32,000 nt of DNA from Candidatus Kuenenia stuttgartensis (GTDB lineage: Bacteria > Planctomycetota > Brocadiia > Brocadiales > Brocadiaceae), in contig NZ_LT934425.1 of assembly GCF_900232105.1 (NCBI RefSeq), positions 1,680,001-1,712,000 on the forward strand, in the 5' to 3' direction. The position numbers were made by a program, and so were the translations under genes. Of the stretch, positions 28,303-32,000 are shown one piece after another. Numbering within the stretch: the first letter of the stretch is position 1; each line of letters opens with the position of its first letter. Below the pieces are notes generated by a model that saw nothing but the letters and a program-made list of their open reading frames with translations, was not told where the DNA came from and searched no databases.

Positions 28303-30186
28303 TCATGGAGCGTAGGTCCAATCTGGTTTCTTCTTTGTCTGCTTTTCGTCGTAGGAGAAATGGTGTTTCTCTTCATCATAATCCACGATTTTCGGGATCG
28401 GCCAAGGCTCGGACTGAGGCCGCTTGCCTTTCGCGTATGGCTCAAACTCCTCCCGAAATGACTGCACCAAACCGGGAATCAACTTCGCGCCCTGCGCCGG
28501 CAGAAAGCAGCGATTTGCCTGCGGTGCGGAATGTGCACCTTCCATGATCCAATCGAGGCCTGCCCGGTCATCATGGAGATGAAGGTGCTGGAGGAGTTCG
28601 TCGATGCCGTGCGAAGCGGTCCGTAAACCGGCTTTGCAAGCCGGACATTGATTGCAGGATTCGACATAGAGAAACCGAGCCACGGCCTGCGTTACCCGTG
28701 GAATGCTTGCGGCGTTGTCCAGCACGATGAAGCCCGCCGAGCCCAGCCCGGAGCCGATCATCTGGAATGCGTCAAATTCGGTTGGCGTGTCGAACCTGTC
28801 CGCGAGAATGACCCCGCAGGCCACGCCCGAGAGCGCCACCTTGAATTGCCGCCCCGTGTGCGGTCCGCCTGCGACATCGTAGAACAACTTGCGCAACGTA
28901 ATGCCCGCTTCGCACTCATACACACCCGGGCGTTGTACGTCGCCGCATACGGTAAAGATCAAAGTGCCGGACGTATCGTGCGTGCCCAGCCGACGGAACG
29001 ACGCCCCGCCGTGCCGCACGATGCTTGGGACATGCGCTAGCGTCTGTGCGTTGTCCAACAGGGCCGGGTTTGGGGAGTTGGGCGTAGCAAACAGTCCGAT
29101 CTCGTACGGCGGACAGTACGCCTCGCGTGGCATGGGCGGGAATCCTTCGACTACGTTGAGCAACGCTTTCTCCTCGCCGAAGAGGTATTCTTCCGGGCCT
29201 TCCACGATTTTGATCTCGATCCCATCCATCAATCCTTTGGAGGCCATTTCGCTGATCGCCTGCCTGACGCGTTCGATGGACGGCCCGAAGCTTCGTTTGA
29301 GCGCGATGTAAATGCCCGCCGCATTGACTGCATGAGCCGCAATCAGCATCCCCTCAATCGTGGCGTACGGATTCTTGCGCAGAAGGTAGCGGTCCTTGAA
29401 CGTGCCGGGCTCACCCTCTGCCGCATTGCAGACCACGTAACGGGTGGGACAGGTGTGTCGCACCAGTGTGCGCCACTTGACGCCGGTGGGAAATCCCGCC
29501 CCGCCCCGACCGCGCAACCCCGACGCCAACAACTCCGTCACGATCTGCTCCGGAGACATCGCGCGAGCCTTGTGCACGGCGTTCTCGCCGGTCGCGCACA
29601 GATATTCTTCGTACGAGAGGAACGGTTCCGACGGAATCAGCCAGTGCGTCTTCAGGCCGGTGGGCGTCGTGAGGGGAAATTTTCGGCGATGCCGGATCGC
29701 GGCCAGCACCGCTTCATCAGTCGGGCAATCGCGGATCAGTTCGAAGAACTCGACGCAGCCGATGCCCAGTTCCCGTAGCACGGCACGACTTTGGCTACAG
29801 GGAAAGAAAAGATCGTCCGCCAACCGACCTTCAAGTTTAGCCCGCGCCTTGTCAATGACGCGAGGTAATCCCGCGATATCGCCGAGCGTCGCCTCGGCCG
29901 GCCGGTAATCGGTTTTCAACGGTGGAGTTTTTCCGCCTTGCGCATGCAGAAAGTAATCACGACGAATCTCGTGCAGCCGCAAAATTTCGGCGTAGGCCGG
30001 TGCACCGTTGTTGAGCAGATCGTCGCACGCGTTGAATATTTCCTGCGGTTTGCTGCCGATCAAGCGAAGAAACTCGCGGTCGGCCTCGGAGAATATCCTG
30101 GCCGGGGTTCGCTCCCCGGCTGCCAGTTCCATCAGGACGTGTCCGCACAATAATTTGAATTCCAGTTTCCAATCGATCATGTTCAT
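28303..30186 (-). CDS. NuoF-like NADH:ubiquinone oxidoreductase/hydrogenase flavoprotein subunit with N-terminal extension
   Basis: LLASGLRGRGGAGFPTGVKW, CNAAEGEPGTFKDRYLL, ALLNVVEG, ESCNQCPACKAGLR. Start assigned to MNMIDWKLEF at 30186. Confidence 0.88.
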   Translation of the reverse strand: MNMIDWKLEFKLLCGHVLMELAAGERTPARIFSEADREFLRLIGSKPQEIFNACDDLLNNGAPAYAEILRLHEIRRDYFLHAQGGKTPPLKTDYRPAEATLGDIAGLPRVIDKARAKLEGRLADDLFFPCSQSRAVLRELGIGCVEFFELIRDCPTDEAVLAAIRHRRKFPLTTPTGLKTHWLIPSEPFLSYEEYLCATGENAVHKARAMSPEQIVTELLASGLRGRGGAGFPTGVKWRTLVRHTCPTRYVVCNAAEGEPGTFKDRYLLRKNPYATIEGMLIAAHAVNAAGIYIALKRSFGPSIERVRQAISEMASKGLMDGIEIKIVEGPEEYLFGEEKALLNVVEGFPPMPREAYCPPYEIGLFATPNSPNPALLDNAQTLAHVPSIVRHGGASFRRLGTHDTSGTLIFTVCGDVQRPGVYECEAGITLRKLFYDVAGGPHTGRQFKVALSGVACGVILADRFDTPTEFDAFQMIGSGLGSAGFIVLDNAASIPRVTQAVARFLYVESCNQCPACKAGLRTASHGIDELLQHLHLHDDRAGLDWIMEGAHSAPQANRCFLPAQGAKLIPGLVQSFREEFEPYAKGKRPQSEPWPIPKIVDYDEEKHHFSYDEKQTKKKPDWTYAP

Positions 30187-30393
30187 ATCCTTCTTTTCTG
30201 GCCGGTTGCCTCGGGATGCACGACGGAATCCATGACCAGGCTGTTGAGTTGATAGTTGATAAGAAATCGCTTTTCCCCATGAGTTGTTCAGTATAGCAAA
30301 GGCGAAGAGGATTACAACTTTTTTTAGCAAAATATAAGAAACAATGCAAGGGAAAATAATGATATGGAATTACAGAAGAAATTGGGGGGATTA

Positions 30394-31608
30394 TCATGTG
30401 ATGTGTGCGGTTTCCTTTTGCGCATGTAAGGCATCGAAAGTAACGACACGGTCTTTTATGTCTAAATCATCAAACAATACCGGAACCATCGGTATTTCGT
30501 TTGTTTTGCAGTCTACCTGAGTTTGTGCGAGAACTATACCCTGTTTATGAAGAAAAGCGGCAAGCAAATGTACCTGTTTGCCGTCAGGCTGTCTTGCACC
30601 GCAAAGGGTTTTCCCGTCAACCGCAATGGGCAGGCTTTTATCACCTACAGATTGAAACCAACGCGAGAGGACTTTATCAACTGCTTCTGCATCCACCTGC
30701 TGTAAGAAACGCCTGATGGTAGGTTCACTCGGTGGTTCGTATCGTTTCGTTTTTGTATTATAACGGCAGGAGAGACGTTTTAGCATATTTTGCGGACAAC
30801 GCTTTGCCCACTCTGCAATGGCGGCAAAGCTCCAGGCATTGCAGATGATAGCACAGATAGAAATTGCCAGGATAGAACGTTTCCTGTGGCGAACGCCTCT
30901 GGGCATGCGATGTTCAGGGATTTGCTGCAATAATTCGTCAAGAAATTCCGCATCTTTTAAAGATAATTTCATAGGCTTTGTCTCCTTTCTTAATTGTATG
31001 GTAAGATTAGGGTTATTAAGTTGTTTTTGGACTTGTGCTTTCAATGAGCGAACAAAGACCATCTTTGGCTTATTGTGCAGAAGATAGCCTTGTGATGATC
31101 TGGCAAAACCGGTTGAATGTCCTAAAAAAATCCATCCTGCGGCCTTATAGCAGACGCCTTTAAAAAAACGAGGGTCGACAAAGGTCTCCACAAGCCAGAT
31201 TGGATGCCCATAGACCTTAGTCCAGTCTTGTGATAAGCGTTTAAGGTTAAGAGAAAGAATACGGGAGGCAAGGTTTGGTACGTGTATCTGAGGAAGGATC
31301 AGGAAACGTGAGTTGTTTGCTATGAGTTTCAGGCGTTGTGATTTTAAAAATGGCGGCCATCCAATCCACTTATCGCGAACGGTACATTTTAATGCTGCGG
31401 CAGCCCAGCCGATCAAGGCAAGCCATTGTCCCTGTGATTCCGCTACGTAGCGAATTGATTCTCCTACGAGAGAACGAAATCCAAGGTAATGATGCTGGCG
31501 CATCAGTGTGTCCCAATTTGCCTGGTCGTTTTGTGAAACAGGACGAACGGTAATTGAATGAAGTAGTTCGTTGTGTGTGTTATCGATTGGTGTTGTATGC
31601 TGGTTCAT
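30394..31608 (-). pseudogene. DUF4338 (DruA-like) domain fused to an ISAs1-family transposase, C-terminus missing
   Basis: N-terminal LMRQHHYLGFRSLVGESIRYVAESQGQWLALIGWAAAALKCTVRD...WLVETFVDPRFFKGVCYKAAGW (DUF4338), then ISAs1 LSLKDAEFLDELLQQIPEHRMPRGVRHRKRSILAI...IAVDGKTLCGAR...VVTFDALHAQKETAHIT*. The rest of the DDE domain is absent. Confidence 0.8.
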
Positions 31609-32000
31609 GCCCTATAATATAAAATATTTTAGGGGGAATGTCCACGTTTTTTTACATATCTTTGTATATTATGTGCTTATGGAAAACTTTGACAGCGCCA
31701 TGGATTTTGGGAGAGAGGTTTATTCCTTGAAATAGGGGATTTTTGCCAATTCCCCAAAAAATTTTCGTATCCATAATTTCAGAACCCCTGATCCTTAGAC
31801 AGGTCAATTGCATTATCTCTCTCCTTAAAGAAAACTGAGATGTGTTGATGGAACTAAAGATTTATTTATTGAAGAAGAACTCCATAATAATTTTATCCTC
31901 GCAGATTTGCCTACATCGTTATATTCTATAGATATCTTGTGCCATCCTTTTTTCATACTAATCTCAGATTTGTCCTCTGTTGCACTATGTTTAGTCCAAT

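Noticed and set aside
30394-31608. Functional Druantia defence locus
   Set aside because: Only a DUF4338 domain fused to a transposase; no DruE-like helicase or other Druantia genes present in the window.
1-32000. CRISPR array, tRNA or rRNA genes
   Set aside because: No regularly spaced direct repeats, tRNA cloverleaf motifs or conserved rRNA stretches recognised by eye; a tool scan is needed for certainty.

Overview
This looks like a mobile-element-rich chromosomal segment from an anaerobic planctomycete, possibly anammox-like. That assignment is an inference from the H-X9-DG style pseudopilins, a c-di-GMP riboswitch and overall gene content. Ordinary genes include a UspA-family protein, amrS, nadD, larC, a TMTC-like membrane/TPR protein, an MFS transporter, an RND efflux pair and a NuoF-like flavoprotein. 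The most interesting part is 2482-7571. There an IS66-type element, bounded by matching terminal inverted repeats (TIRs) and an 8-9 bp direct repeat, is interrupted by a second ~3.79 kb transposon (3341-7130). The inner transposon has its own imperfect TIRs starting TGCTA. It carries four co-directional genes: a zinc-ribbon DUF6431-like protein, a Mu/TniA-like DDE transposase (frameshifted), an ExeA/TniB-like AAA ATPase, and a stand-alone DnaG-type (CHC2-like) zinc-binding domain protein. Other notable items are: a c-di-GMP-I riboswitch with promoter and distal terminator ahead of two tandem pseudopilin genes, the second with an in-frame TGA; an IS1634-like insertion with a 6-bp target site duplication (TSD) that separates the Shine-Dalgarno from the start codon of a pRiA4b ORF-3-like gene; a second IS with 17-bp TIRs and 10-bp direct repeats; a chimeric miaB/transposase scar; several long palindromic repeats; and a DUF4338 (DruA-like)/ISAs1 fusion transposase truncated at its C-terminus. 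All calls come from reading the sequence and the supplied ORF track. No searches were run.
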